A stretch of DNA of 64,000 nucleotides. Source: a bacterium (GTDB taxonomy: Bacteria; CLD3; SB21). Positions 11,019-22,661 of this stretch are shown here, one piece after another. The stretch is taken from contig JABWCP010000004.1 of NCBI GenBank assembly GCA_013360215.1, forward strand, positions 62,001 to 126,000. Reading direction: 5' to 3'. The notes beneath the pieces are model-generated. The model had not been told where the DNA came from and did not search any database. It worked only from the letters and a program-made list of their open reading frames with translations. A program made the position numbers and the translations under genes. Within the stretch, counting starts at the first letter, position 1. Every line of letters starts with the position of its first letter.

Positions 11019-12650
11019 TTACAGTTCGATCAAACGATGATCCCAAGAATCCAAAGTGATATTCTCACTGATCGTATCAAACAAAGTAAAGCCATATTTA
11101 TTCAAATAATACAACATCGAAAGCTCACGCTCCTGAAAGTTACCATTGGGACGAATATGCAGCATGGCTTTCGTCAGTTGGCCATGGGCCGTCAGAGCGG
11201 CACGTTTTTCGGCTTCGCGTGTTTTTTGTGTAAGCACCTGCATCGCTTGTTGCATCTTGTCCATCGCCGTAGCGGATGCACCTTTGAGCGAAGCATCTAT
11301 CGCCGTCAATTGCGGTTCAAGGTTTTTCATACCGTTTTGCACTTCGTTCATAAACCTCAGAAGCGCCGGTTCAAGCGAAACATTGGATTGTTGATTGATT
11401 CGTTCGATCACCGTTTCGCCGTCATTGATGATATCCGCTATCGTTATTTGATATTTATCGAGCACTTTTTTGATTTTTTTCTCAACTAAAGTAAAAAATG
11501 GCCTGGGAATTATGACCGGCGAAGTCATATCCATGTGAGTGTACAAATCCCGAAACTGTGCAAAGTAGGCGATTTCGCCAGGACCGGCCACATAAAAAAC
11601 AGTTGGTAATAACGTATCTTGAATCAATGGTCTCAGAATAACATTCGGAATAAATCGTTGCGGCTCATTCTCCAGAATATTAAGGATATCATTTTTGTGT
11701 GTTTTCCAGATGTCCCGTGTAATACGGATTTTGTCGTGTCCTTTGCCATTAAACGAAAATTTATTCTCGCCATAGTCCGTCAAAAAAACATAACTCGGTT
11801 CGGTTTCAACCTGAACGTGATAACCGGCAGCTTTTAATGCATTGCTTTGATTTAGAACAGCTTCATGTAATGATTCGGATTCTTTGAGGGCCCGTTCAAA
11901 AATAGGTTTTACTATGCCTTTAAAACGTACATCCGAAGGATCCATTAGAACCAATCCCATCGGGCTAAGCCACGATGATAGCAGCATTCCAAAAGCCTCC
12001 GCCCAGGGTTTTCCGGGTTGGTAGGATTTTGTAATCGTATCAAATAAAGCCTGTGAAAAATCGGTAGGATTGAGCGCTGTCTTCAGTTCTTCTATTATTC
12101 GCGATATGTCATCCGTCAACGCAAACCGGTGTACCGGAGTTTTGTTCTGATTTTCAGAAATGCCGCCATCATAAAAAATTTTGACAAGCTCGTTTTGAAT
12201 GTTGATAAGCTGCGTTGAGCGTACTTCTTCAAAATCGTGATCTTCAAGTTCCAACCAAAACACCGGTACAAAATTATAGACAGGAAATTTTGTTTTGAGC
12301 AATTGGCAATATTTTACCGTACCTAGTGCTTTCAGAACCGTATATATCGGACCTCCCAAAAGCCCCGTTTGTTGACCGGTGACAACTGCGACGGTATTCG
12401 GCTGACGAAGCAACGCAACATTTTCCAAAGCTTGTTTTGCCGATTGGAAACGATGTTGCTGATCGACAAGAATGTCCGATAGAAGATCACGGTTTGTTTT
12501 ATATTTTTTTAAAACTTCGCTGAACGTATCGGGCCATGCTTTTTGATCGGATGGGTTAGCGGAAAAAAACGAAGCCGTTTTTTCGGGCGAATAAAGATAA
12601 TCCGTAAATAACGATGTTGTGTTTTTGAGTTCGCGAAAGGAAATAGTCAT
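11019..12650 (-). CDS. bshC: Bacillithiol biosynthesis cysteine-adding enzyme BshC
   Basis: VVTGQQTGLLGGPIYT, VFWLELEDHDFEE, PNVILRP, YVAGPGEIAY, QER motifs. Confidence 0.92.
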   Translation of the reverse strand: MTISFRELKNTTSLFTDYLYSPEKTASFFSANPSDQKAWPDTFSEVLKKYKTNRDLLSDILVDQQHRFQSAKQALENVALLRQPNTVAVVTGQQTGLLGGPIYTVLKALGTVKYCQLLKTKFPVYNFVPVFWLELEDHDFEEVRSTQLINIQNELVKIFYDGGISENQNKTPVHRFALTDDISRIIEELKTALNPTDFSQALFDTITKSYQPGKPWAEAFGMLLSSWLSPMGLVLMDPSDVRFKGIVKPIFERALKESESLHEAVLNQSNALKAAGYHVQVETEPSYVFLTDYGENKFSFNGKGHDKIRITRDIWKTHKNDILNILENEPQRFIPNVILRPLIQDTLLPTVFYVAGPGEIAYFAQFRDLYTHMDMTSPVIIPRPFFTLVEKKIKKVLDKYQITIADIINDGETVIERINQQSNVSLEPALLRFMNEVQNGMKNLEPQLTAIDASLKGASATAMDKMQQAMQVLTQKTREAEKRAALTAHGQLTKAMLHIRPNGNFQERELSMLYYLNKYGFTLFDTISENITLDSWDHRLIEL

Positions 12651-12654
12651 GCTG

Positions 12655-14409
12655 TCATCCTGTTGTATTGCTATAGGCTACACGATTACGTCCGCCTGAT
12701 TTGGCACGGTAAAGCTGTTCATCCGCGCGTTGTATGAGTTCGTCTATGGTTTGCGCTTCGTCGGGAAATGTGGCCACGCCCATACTGACCGTAATATCAC
12801 CCATGGGCTGTGTTTGTTCATACGGAAAATCTTCATCTTGAATTGCCGCGCGCAATTTTTCGGCAAATTTCACGGCGGCGACTTTTGGCGTTTCTGGTAA
12901 TACGATGACAAATTCTTCGCCGCCGTAGCGTGCGATGATATCGCTGGTACGCGTGATGTTTTTAAAAACAACGGCAAGCCGTTTTAGTATCTCATCGCCG
13001 GCGGGGTGACCGTGGCGATCATTGTATGATTTGAAATGATCTACGTCGATCATGATCATGGACAGTTTTGACCAATGACGTTTGGCACGCCGAATTTCAC
13101 GCTCCAGTTGGTGATGAAAATAGCGATAATTAAAAACATCTGTCATCGCATCGGTGATGGCTTGTTTTTCGGCAAGCATATAGGCTTCACGCACATCCTC
13201 ATATAACTGAACATTGTCTAACCGAAGACCGACGGTCGTAGTAAAGGAATGAATAATCTGCCGAAACGCATCGCTCATACGTCCATCCGGAATACCCAGC
13301 GCCAAAACACCTTTGAGATCATAAAAACAACAATTGAAAAAATATCTGCTCGCATCACGAAGGCGGGAAGGGTAATCAAGATCACGCCGATTGTATTGAT
13401 GAATCAAATTTCGCCACCACTGTCCGTCTTTTTTTACAAACGCTTCACAATCCTGATTTTCGCACTCAAAATCATCCGCCGCACGGGCGCGACCACGAAT
13501 GGGAACAAAACAAACAGTCTGTGCATGAAAAGATTCGAAAAGCACTTCTAAACGGCGCGCATGCCTTTCATTTTCCCGTTGTAGTGCGATGAGTTTGTGA
13601 ACATCTATGGTTACTGATTGATTATCATAAACCGTCTCAAAAAAAGGAGGTTCTGTAAAAGGGATGTGTTCTGTTTCAGGGAGAAAATCATATTTGTAAC
13701 TGGAAAAAACATCTAGCGTTAAATCTTTTTCGTTAACCACATATATCACTGCGCCGGCTAGAGAAAGTTGATCGCTGATAAGCTGAGGCATCTCACGGTA
13801 AATCGTCGAGCGATCACGGTAAGCCATGATTTGCGACGTGAGCTGATTGATCTGCATCAGATCGGCATTATTGGTGCGAACCTCCTGTATGAGACGATCG
13901 AGAGTATTATTGGTTTTTTGGAGTTCCTTGTTGGCATAGGAGATTTCATTGATTTTATCCGTCAGGCGATGAACCAGACGCAGTGTAAAACGTCGCAGTT
14001 CAATATTTTCCGATTCGAGACTAACATTCTTATTTGTATGTGCCTCAGAATCAAAACAAGCGCGGATCAGATCAGAAAGCGTTTCGTATTCAATCGGCTT
14101 AACCAAAAAACCGTCGCATCCGGCCATGGTTGCGAGCTGTTGATCGTCTTCATTCGGCGTTGCAGTAGTGGCGATTATAGGTGTATGCTTGAGCGTTTCC
14201 GAACTGCGCATCTTGATCGTGAGTTCAAATCCGTCCAAACCCGGCAGCAAAAGATCTATCAAAATAAGATCGGGACGTTCGGCAAACGCTCTAGCCAAAC
14301 CGGACTCGCCGGTCGTCGCTGTTATAATCGTATGACCCATGCGCTGAATAAGCTGCGTCATGTATGTCATGGCGACCGGATCGTCTTCGATATACAGTAT
14401 TTTTTTCAT
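12655..14409 (-). CDS. Response regulator diguanylate cyclase (REC-coiled coil-GAF-like-GGDEF)
   Basis: REC (YIEDD, DLLLPGLDG, KP); C-terminal ARYGGEEF with RxxD I-site (RTSD). Confidence 0.92.
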   Translation of the reverse strand: MKKILYIEDDPVAMTYMTQLIQRMGHTIITATTGESGLARAFAERPDLILIDLLLPGLDGFELTIKMRSSETLKHTPIIATTATPNEDDQQLATMAGCDGFLVKPIEYETLSDLIRACFDSEAHTNKNVSLESENIELRRFTLRLVHRLTDKINEISYANKELQKTNNTLDRLIQEVRTNNADLMQINQLTSQIMAYRDRSTIYREMPQLISDQLSLAGAVIYVVNEKDLTLDVFSSYKYDFLPETEHIPFTEPPFFETVYDNQSVTIDVHKLIALQRENERHARRLEVLFESFHAQTVCFVPIRGRARAADDFECENQDCEAFVKKDGQWWRNLIHQYNRRDLDYPSRLRDASRYFFNCCFYDLKGVLALGIPDGRMSDAFRQIIHSFTTTVGLRLDNVQLYEDVREAYMLAEKQAITDAMTDVFNYRYFHHQLEREIRRAKRHWSKLSMIMIDVDHFKSYNDRHGHPAGDEILKRLAVVFKNITRTSDIIARYGGEEFVIVLPETPKVAAVKFAEKLRAAIQDEDFPYEQTQPMGDITVSMGVATFPDEAQTIDELIQRADEQLYRAKSGGRNRVAYSNTTG

Positions 14410-14430
14410 GCCTGAGACGTCAGATTATCC

Positions 14431-15798
14431 TTACACTTCTTCCACGCTAACGGTTGTTTCAATGAGATGTTTAGGTATCAGGCACGGAAAAAATGCGACG
14501 ATTTCCTGTGGCTTTGGACGCCCTCCTGCAAAACCGGTTACTCCCGGAGGCCCGCTGGTAACCAGGGGCGCAATTTCCTTGCCGAAGCGATCTACCTTTT
14601 TCTGATCTTTATCTTTTACGCCGACACGCAAAACCACTTCGTTAATGGGATTGGGTATCGCGACCATGCCTTCATGACACGTATTTACACCAAGAAATTC
14701 GGTGTGTGTTTCTTCGTATTCCATTCCTGCCCGCGTAAGACGTTTCCATAAAACTTCTGATGCCAACTTAGCCTTGGGCAACGCATCAGGGCCGGAAATC
14801 GTAAGTTGTCCTGTCGCTTTATATCCTTTGAGATAACTGGCACTAACTTTGTAAAACTCCGTTGAAGGTTTACCTTGTACACCGAATACTTTAACACGAT
14901 CTTTTCCGGCTTGCTCCAAACGAATGGATGTAAAATCAGCGATGACGTCCGGCGTGATATAGTTATGCGGGTCACCCATTTCGTACACCAACTGTTCTGA
15001 AACGGTGTCCACCGTCACCATCCCGCCTGTGTTTTCATGTTTACTGACATAAAATGTTCCGTCAGGATAGGCCTCCACAACGGGATAACCGATATTCCAC
15101 ATATCCGGCACATCCTGCCACCGCGTAAAATTACCGCCTGTGCATTGCGCGCCGCATTCGATGATATGACCCGCAACTGTTCCTGCGGCCAATTTATTCC
15201 AATCATCAAACGACCAGCCGAATTCATAAATCATCGGCGCCATTGCCAATCCGGTATCTGTAGTTCGCCCTGCGACAACGATCTGTGCACCTTTTTGTAA
15301 AGCTTCGACTAAAGGCATAGAACTCATATACACATTGGCGCTTAAGATGTCGCGACCTTGTTTCATCAGATCATACAAACTTTCGCCGGTGTCCATGGAC
15401 TTCATCGAGATTTGTTTAGTTTCCAATTCACTGATACGAGGAAGAATGTTATCCCCATACACGACGCCGATCTTCAAACCTTTGATTCCTAATTTTTTGG
15501 CCACGGCAAAAAGCGCCTGACGACATGCTTCCGGATTTACACCGCCGGCATTAGCAATCACTTTGATGTTTTTTTCTACGATCGTCGGTAATATGCGTTC
15601 GATAAGCTGCACGAAATCGGTAGCGTAACCAAGCTCCGGTTTTTTGAGTTTTTGACGTTGCATGATGGACATCGTAACTTCGGCAAGATAATCCAATGTG
15701 AGATAATCCAATGGACCGCCTTGAACTAAATGCACAGGCGCATCAATGCTGTCACCCCAAAATCCTTGACCGTTGGCTATAAAAATTTTGTCTTTCAT
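14431..15798 (-). CDS. Acyclic terpene utilization AtuA-family protein
   Basis: GFWGD, DYLAEVTM, NAGGVNP, GHIIECGAQCTGGN, EQLVYEMGDP, YITPDV. Confidence 0.88.
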   Translation of the reverse strand: MKDKIFIANGQGFWGDSIDAPVHLVQGGPLDYLTLDYLAEVTMSIMQRQKLKKPELGYATDFVQLIERILPTIVEKNIKVIANAGGVNPEACRQALFAVAKKLGIKGLKIGVVYGDNILPRISELETKQISMKSMDTGESLYDLMKQGRDILSANVYMSSMPLVEALQKGAQIVVAGRTTDTGLAMAPMIYEFGWSFDDWNKLAAGTVAGHIIECGAQCTGGNFTRWQDVPDMWNIGYPVVEAYPDGTFYVSKHENTGGMVTVDTVSEQLVYEMGDPHNYITPDVIADFTSIRLEQAGKDRVKVFGVQGKPSTEFYKVSASYLKGYKATGQLTISGPDALPKAKLASEVLWKRLTRAGMEYEETHTEFLGVNTCHEGMVAIPNPINEVVLRVGVKDKDQKKVDRFGKEIAPLVTSGPPGVTGFAGGRPKPQEIVAFFPCLIPKHLIETTVSVEEV

Positions 15799-15908
15799 TT
15801 TGAGCTTTTTATTTATGAGGTTGTTACAAACAATCAATTGATGAAACTACGAAAACAAATTAAGCTTTTAAATGAAATTCTGTGGTTTCTGCTCTATTTA
15901 TAAAGCGG

Positions 15909-18380
15909 TTATCCGGCGGATTGGGTATCAAGTAGTTTCTTTATGGCTTTGGATAATTCTTCGACCGTATATGGTTTATTGACTATATGGTCAGGATATT
16001 TACTGTGGAGCAATTGTAAACGATCCGCTCCGATATATCCGGATGTGAAAAGGAATTTTAATTCCGGTTTAATTTCGAGCAGTTTTTCCAATGTTTCGAT
16101 GCCATCCATGCCGGGCATTTGCACGTCGAGTATTACGAGATCAACCGGTTTTTGGTTCATGACTTCAACGGCGCGATACCCGTTTTCCGCCGTATAACAT
16201 TGATACCCTAGACGCTTCAAAACCATTTCTCCCATTTCCAATATGGGTTTTTCATCATCCACTAGCAGTATGGTGCCGGTGCCGGTTTCATATTGCGGTT
16301 TTTGCGCCTGCACATGGGGTATCGTAACGCGTTGGGAAACCGGGAAACCAAGCTCCATGCGCGTTCCTACACCGATTTGCGAATGAACACGAATATATCC
16401 TCCGTGATTGGTAATGATTGTTTTGACGACAGCCAACCCCAATCCGGTTCCTTTGCCTATATCTTTGGTCGAGAAAAACGGTTCGAAAATCTTATCCATT
16501 ACTTCCGGAGGAATGCCGGTGCCCGAATCGGCTATGGATAGCTGTACATAAAGACCTTCCGGCATATTATATTTTGCCGATTCTGCTTCATCCAGTTCAA
16601 CCATTTTGGTTTCGATACCGATACTCCCTTTATTATTCATCGCATCGCGGGCGTTGACACACAGATTGATGATGATTTGCTGTACCTGTGTTGCATCGGC
16701 ATCTATAAAAGGAATCTCGGGTTCTAAGTGTAAGGTGATCGTAATATTTTTGCCAAGAAACCGATCCAGCATGTTTCGGGTTTCATCAACCAGGCTATTG
16801 ATGTTGAGTAATGCTGCGCTGGACGGAGTTTGGCGGGCAAAAACCAAAAGTTGCTTGACGATATCCGACGCACGCCGCGCTGATGACACGATCACGTCGG
16901 CGTGCTGATGAACGGTATGCTTATCATAATTTTGGTTAAGCAACAGTTCGGCTGTAGGTAAAATCACAGCCAGCATATTATTGATGTCATGAGCGATACC
17001 TCCGGCAACGCGGCCAAGGCTCTCCGTTTTTTGGGCCTGAATCAGGTTTTGTTCTAGTTTTTTTCGCTCCGTCAGATCGGTCATCGAGCCCAATACGCGA
17101 GTTGGCCGACCTTGCTCATCTCTCAGTATATAAGCCCGATCATAAAAGTAACCGTAACTTCCGTCAGGCAAACGAAAGCGAAACTCATCACTCCAAAAAT
17201 TCTGCGTACTTTCTAAAACGTTTTTGTATTTTTGGGTTACACGTTCACGATCTTCCGGATGCAGCCGCTCTTGCCAAAGTTGGTAATTGTCCTGCGGGTA
17301 ATATTCTTCTACGGCAAACAATTTACGGGCGGATTCATTCCACCATACTTTATCCTGCCGTGCATCCCAATCCCAAACCGCATCATTGGTCGCTCGAGCG
17401 ATGATTTCAAAACGCTCGACATTTTCCTTAATAGATTTTTCTGCTTTTTTACGTTCGTCTATATTAGTCATTGTGCCCAGCATACGATAAATCGAATTTT
17501 TTTCATCACGGAGAAAAAGGCCGTTATCGTCCATAAACACGTAACCACCATCTTTTTTTCGAAAGCGATATTCCACGCGATATCGATTACCGGAAGCCAT
17601 CGCTTCATCTAAAAGAGAAATGGCGTTAGGCCTGTCTTCGGGATGAATCATTGTTTCCCATGTTTTCAGATCAACCCGTAAAAACTCCCCTTTGGTAAAC
17701 CCTGTGTTGATTTCGATCGCTCCCGTCCAAGTGATCGCACCGGTCGTTACGTCAAGATCATAAATCAACTGACCTGTTTGCTCAGCTATGATACGATAGC
17801 GTTCTTCTTTTTCAGCTAACGCACGCTCCGTTTCACGACGGCTCAGAAGCTCTTGCCGCATGATACTAAAAAGCAAAGTGATCAGCAGTGTTGCAAATAA
17901 CTCCGGAGTCATATTAACAAAAAAAACAGAAATGATGTGCGTGGCCGGCATCGGATTGGGATCAAAAAGAAGATATAATCCGACAATCTGCGGTAACAGG
18001 AAAAGGTAATAGTATAGAATCACAACCATCGCCCACAAAATAGGTTCTTGACGTGACCTGGTGAATCGCGAAAAAAAACGATGATAAACAAGCCATGCCA
18101 TTGCGGCCGAAACGCCATGTGAAACAGCCGAAAATAATTGGAGTTCGTTTGCTGCATTCACTGCCGTCATTGCACCGGTGATGATGACAAACCCCCAATG
18201 CGGAAGGAATAAAATACTGATGAGTATGGCAACCTCATTGAGGCTGCTGGATGTCATAAAGTTGAACGTGGGAATAACAAAGCGGATATAGCTCATGCCA
18301 ATGGACAAAAGCCCAAAGCCAACAGCAATCAAGGTGTTTTTAATAAAAAAACGCTTGTCATGTTTCACCACTATCATCAC
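15909..18380 (-). CDS. Membrane-bound hybrid sensor histidine kinase (multi-TM, 2 PAS, HisKA, HATPase, REC)
   Basis: IHPEDR/LHPEDR PAS motifs; [10 protein letters not shown]-box; [19 protein letters not shown]-terminal REC (LVDDE, LDVQMP). Confidence 0.93.
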   Translation of the reverse strand: MMIVVKHDKRFFIKNTLIAVGFGLLSIGMSYIRFVIPTFNFMTSSSLNEVAILISILFLPHWGFVIITGAMTAVNAANELQLFSAVSHGVSAAMAWLVYHRFFSRFTRSRQEPILWAMVVILYYYLFLLPQIVGLYLLFDPNPMPATHIISVFFVNMTPELFATLLITLLFSIMRQELLSRRETERALAEKEERYRIIAEQTGQLIYDLDVTTGAITWTGAIEINTGFTKGEFLRVDLKTWETMIHPEDRPNAISLLDEAMASGNRYRVEYRFRKKDGGYVFMDDNGLFLRDEKNSIYRMLGTMTNIDERKKAEKSIKENVERFEIIARATNDAVWDWDARQDKVWWNESARKLFAVEEYYPQDNYQLWQERLHPEDRERVTQKYKNVLESTQNFWSDEFRFRLPDGSYGYFYDRAYILRDEQGRPTRVLGSMTDLTERKKLEQNLIQAQKTESLGRVAGGIAHDINNMLAVILPTAELLLNQNYDKHTVHQHADVIVSSARRASDIVKQLLVFARQTPSSAALLNINSLVDETRNMLDRFLGKNITITLHLEPEIPFIDADATQVQQIIINLCVNARDAMNNKGSIGIETKMVELDEAESAKYNMPEGLYVQLSIADSGTGIPPEVMDKIFEPFFSTKDIGKGTGLGLAVVKTIITNHGGYIRVHSQIGVGTRMELGFPVSQRVTIPHVQAQKPQYETGTGTILLVDDEKPILEMGEMVLKRLGYQCYTAENGYRAVEVMNQKPVDLVILDVQMPGMDGIETLEKLLEIKPELKFLFTSGYIGADRLQLLHSKYPDHIVNKPYTVEELSKAIKKLLDTQSAG

Positions 18381-18490
18381 AATTCCCCATAGGTGAACAA
18401 TTGCAAAGTCGGAACGTTATTTTATAAATCAAGCGTATCGGAATTCAACTAAATGAGAAACCACAGAGATCAAACAAAACGAAAACGCTC

Positions 18491-18694
18491 TTACGACTGG
18501 AGTCGGATTTTTTGAGTGACGTCTTCGTCTTTTTCGTAATATTCGTATGTCTTTTTCTCTTCGATCACAGTACCCATGGATTCAAAAAGTTTGGATAGGT
18601 CTTCGCACGCGCCGCCTTTATAGCCTTTGATCGCATATTCCAGCGAGCCGTCGCGGGTTATGGTAAAAACGATTTCTTTATAGTCGGATGTCAT
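18491..18694 (-). CDS. DUF2997-like small protein
   Basis: FTITRDGS..IKGYKGGACED..GTVIEEKKTYEYY pattern; follows the DUF1257-like gene; start moved to MTSDY. Confidence 0.8.
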   Translation of the reverse strand: MTSDYKEIVFTITRDGSLEYAIKGYKGGACEDLSKLFESMGTVIEEKKTYEYYEKDEDVTQKIRLQS

Positions 18695-18702
18695 AGCGCC
18701 CT

Positions 18703-19077
18703 CTACCCGTTCCATTTTCTTAAAACCAACCGCACCGATTGATCTTCGTTGACCGATTCTTTTACCAATTGAAATCCGGCTTTTTGCGCTTCTGAAACAA
18801 CTCGACTATAGGCATATTTTTGTGTCAATTTGCCGATAAAATCTTTATCCGAGGCCAAAACCATATCATCTCCCGCAATCTCATATTCACCGCTACGGTT
18901 TTTTATAAAACCGATCATTCCAAATGCCGTTTTTGCCGTTAGATCGACATCGTACGAACGCCCTAAAAGGGTTTTTATTTTTTTGGAATTAGAAATTTCG
19001 CAACCCATTTCTTTCAAAGCATTTTCCAAATGGACACGCTCGCGAAGAGCGGTTTTCAGCGAAACGAACTTAGACAT
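18703..19077 (-). CDS. DUF1257/Ycf35-like protein
   Basis: MSKFVSLKT..L..AL..MG start, IGF, LTQKYAY, GF..V.E pattern. Confidence 0.82.
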   Translation of the reverse strand: MSKFVSLKTALRERVHLENALKEMGCEISNSKKIKTLLGRSYDVDLTAKTAFGMIGFIKNRSGEYEIAGDDMVLASDKDFIGKLTQKYAYSRVVSEAQKAGFQLVKESVNEDQSVRLVLRKWNG

Positions 19078-19119
19078 GAAATTACTTTCGTTTGGTAACG
19101 CGACGGTTTAACTTGGCTC

Positions 19120-19148
19120 AAAGTAGAGAATTTTTTTTCGTCTTGCAA
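19120..19148 (-). promoter_or_regulatory. Putative sigma70 promoter for the DUF1257-DUF2997 pair
   Basis: Minus strand TTGCAA-17 nt-TACTTT. Confidence 0.5.
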
Positions 19149-19176
19149 TCTCAAAAAATCAAGGTGTATTGAAGTT

Positions 19177-19737
19177 ATGCGTAAATGGATTGTTGTTTTT
19201 TTGAGTTTGGCTTGTTTGTTTTTTTATCTTAAAAACTATGACATCTCATCGGTTGACGGCCTTCCCGAAAACCACGGCGTCATAACCAAAATCAGCGATG
19301 GCGATACATTCCTGATCGAAGTGAACGGGAAAACGGAAAAAGTGCGTTTGATCGGAATTGACACGCCCGAATCCAAGGATAATCTCAAAGCCAAAAAAGA
19401 CGCGGCTCGTAATTCTGCTGATCTTGATGCGATGGTTCGGCAGGGGATCGAAGCACGCCGTTTTGTGGAACAGAATTTTCCTCTCGGAACAACCCTCCGC
19501 ATCGAAACCGATCGCGATACGCGAGATCGTTACGGCCGGATGCTCGCCTATCTTTTTACGGAAGACGGCAGGATGATCAATGAGACCATCATTCGCGAAG
19601 GTTACGCCACACCGTTATTTTATTCGCCTAACTACAAATACAAATCGCGTCTTGAGGAAGCATACCGTTATGCTAAATCAAACAAAAAAGGCCTTTGGCA
19701 AAATGGCAAACCGTTGCATATCCGAAAAGACGAATAA
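19177..19737 (+). CDS. Thermonuclease (SNase) family protein, exported or membrane-anchored
   Basis: Hydrophobic N-terminus; ISDGDT, VRLIGIDTPE, DRYGRMLAY, KKGLW. Confidence 0.93.
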   Translation: MRKWIVVFLSLACLFFYLKNYDISSVDGLPENHGVITKISDGDTFLIEVNGKTEKVRLIGIDTPESKDNLKAKKDAARNSADLDAMVRQGIEARRFVEQNFPLGTTLRIETDRDTRDRYGRMLAYLFTEDGRMINETIIREGYATPLFYSPNYKYKSRLEEAYRYAKSNKKGLWQNGKPLHIRKDE

Positions 19738-19844
19738 GTTTATATAAGGCTATTTTTTTATAGATTTTCTGCTTTGCATCCCATACTTTGCCGCGGTTTT
19801 TTAAGGCAATCGAAAATTAAAAATATCATATAAGGATTTGTTAT

Positions 19845-20939
19845 ATGCCACTTCGTTGCGGTATCGTCGGTCTCCCCAATGTGGGTAAATCAACCATTTT
19901 TAATGCACTTACTGCAGCCGGCGCTCTGGCGGCAAACTATCCTTTTGCAACGATCGAACCCAATGTCGGCGTAGTGACAGTCCCAGATCATCGTATTGAC
20001 GCTCTGACCAAAGTGGTCAAACCCAAACGCGTACTTTATACGACTGTGAATTTTGTTGACATCGCAGGACTTGTCAAAGGCGCCAATGCCGGGGAAGGAT
20101 TGGGCAATCAGTTTCTTAGCCACATTCGTGAAGTGGATGCTATCGGCCACGTCGTACGTTGTTTTGACAACGCGGATGTCGTCCACGTCGAAGGCAGTGT
20201 TAACCCCGAACGTGATATAGCCATCATTGATACCGAACTTGTACTCAAGGATCTCGAATCCGTAAACAAACGCATTTCCCAAGTTGAACGAACTGCAAAA
20301 AGCGGTGATAAGGATGCGAAACTTGCTTTTGATGTGCTGAGCAAAGTCAAAGCACAACTCAATGACGGAAAACCGGTTCGTCTGATGAGTTTATCCGAAA
20401 ATGACCGCAAAGCTATCGCGGATCTTTTTTTGCTTACAGACAAACCCGTGCTTTATATATGCAATGTATCGGAGAGCGATGTACTCACGGAAAATAATTA
20501 TGTCAAACAAGTCCGCTCCATTGCCGAAAAAGAAAATGCACGTGTTGTTGTGATTTCGGGGCAGATCGAATCAGAAATTCAGCAATTACCTGAAGAAGAA
20601 CGTAAGGGATTTCTCGAAAGTTTAGGTCTCAAGGAACCGGGGCTTCATGCGCTTATTCGTGAAACATATTCGTTATTGGATATGATTTCTTTTCTTACCG
20701 CCGGCGTCGAAGAAGTGCGTGCATGGACGATCACACGCGGCACTAAAAATCCTCAGGCCGCCGGAGTGATCCATTCGGATTTTGAAAAAGGCTTTATATG
20801 CGCGGATGTGATTTGGTGGGAAGATTTTGTCAAACACGGAGGCGAACAAGCCTGTAAAGACAAAGGCCTGCTCCGTACCGAAGGAAAAGAATACGTCGTC
20901 AAAGACGGCGACGTAATGCACTTTAAGTTTAATGTGTAA
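19845..20939 (+). CDS. ychF: Redox-regulated ATPase YchF
   Basis: GIVGLPNVGKST, NYPFATIEPN, DIAGLVKGA, GLGNQFL, C-terminal DGDVMHFKFNV. Confidence 0.97.
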   Translation: MPLRCGIVGLPNVGKSTIFNALTAAGALAANYPFATIEPNVGVVTVPDHRIDALTKVVKPKRVLYTTVNFVDIAGLVKGANAGEGLGNQFLSHIREVDAIGHVVRCFDNADVVHVEGSVNPERDIAIIDTELVLKDLESVNKRISQVERTAKSGDKDAKLAFDVLSKVKAQLNDGKPVRLMSLSENDRKAIADLFLLTDKPVLYICNVSESDVLTENNYVKQVRSIAEKENARVVVISGQIESEIQQLPEEERKGFLESLGLKEPGLHALIRETYSLLDMISFLTAGVEEVRAWTITRGTKNPQAAGVIHSDFEKGFICADVIWWEDFVKHGGEQACKDKGLLRTEGKEYVVKDGDVMHFKFNV

Positions 20940-20969
20940 GAATAGACATTAAATCTTAAATCTAGAAAA

Positions 20970-21947
<978 letters not shown>

Positions 21948-21961
21948 TTAAGCCAATTAAA

Positions 21962-22528
21962 TTATTTCGTATCTTTAGGAGGATCAAAATGTCGGCGGCA
22001 CCGCGCTTCGTACGTACCTGTCGCGCCTACCAAAACGCGATCGGCGCTTTGGACAAGTCGCTGTGTATAGTTGGCCGGTGCACCACATACCATACAGATA
22101 GCCATGGGTTTGTCTACCACTTCAGCCACCGCAAGAAGCTGCGGCATCGGCTCAAAAGGCCGACCTAGATAATCTTTGTCCAATCCGGCAACGATTACGC
22201 GTTTACCCATGTATGCTAATTTATTACATATTTCAACAATCGAAGCATCAAAAAACTGTGCTTCGTCAACTCCGATGACGTCCGTTCTAGGATCAAGTTT
22301 CTCCATGATTTCGGACGCTTTTTCGATAACTTCAGAAGGCATTTTAAGTTCGCTGTGAGAAACAATATGATCTTCACTATAACGCGAATCAATTTGCGGT
22401 TTAAAAACCTGAACACGCATTTTGGCAATTTCCGCCCGGCGCATGCGGCGAATAAGTTCTTCAGATTTCCCACTGAACATGCTTCCGGCTATCACTTCGA
22501 TCCAACCGCTGTTATGTACAATATTCAT
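21962..22528 (-). CDS. tdk: Thymidine kinase
   Basis: [20 protein letters not shown]-terminal Zn site, YEARCR. Confidence 0.95.
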   Translation of the reverse strand: MNIVHNSGWIEVIAGSMFSGKSEELIRRMRRAEIAKMRVQVFKPQIDSRYSEDHIVSHSELKMPSEVIEKASEIMEKLDPRTDVIGVDEAQFFDASIVEICNKLAYMGKRVIVAGLDKDYLGRPFEPMPQLLAVAEVVDKPMAICMVCGAPANYTQRLVQSADRVLVGATGTYEARCRRHFDPPKDTK

Positions 22529-22661
22529 ATATGGAACGGGTTAAATTAATGCTCTGCAAACTACAAATTATTTACATCCATCAGCGCGGCATAATAATGT
22601 TATTTTGGTGTTTCCGCAAATTGTTTTTATTAACTTATGTACAAAGAAATATATTGATTCT

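Noticed and set aside
19177-19737. Thermonuclease plus AAA ATPase as an anti-phage system
   Set aside because: The nuclease appears exported, is unlinked to the ATPase and sits among housekeeping genes
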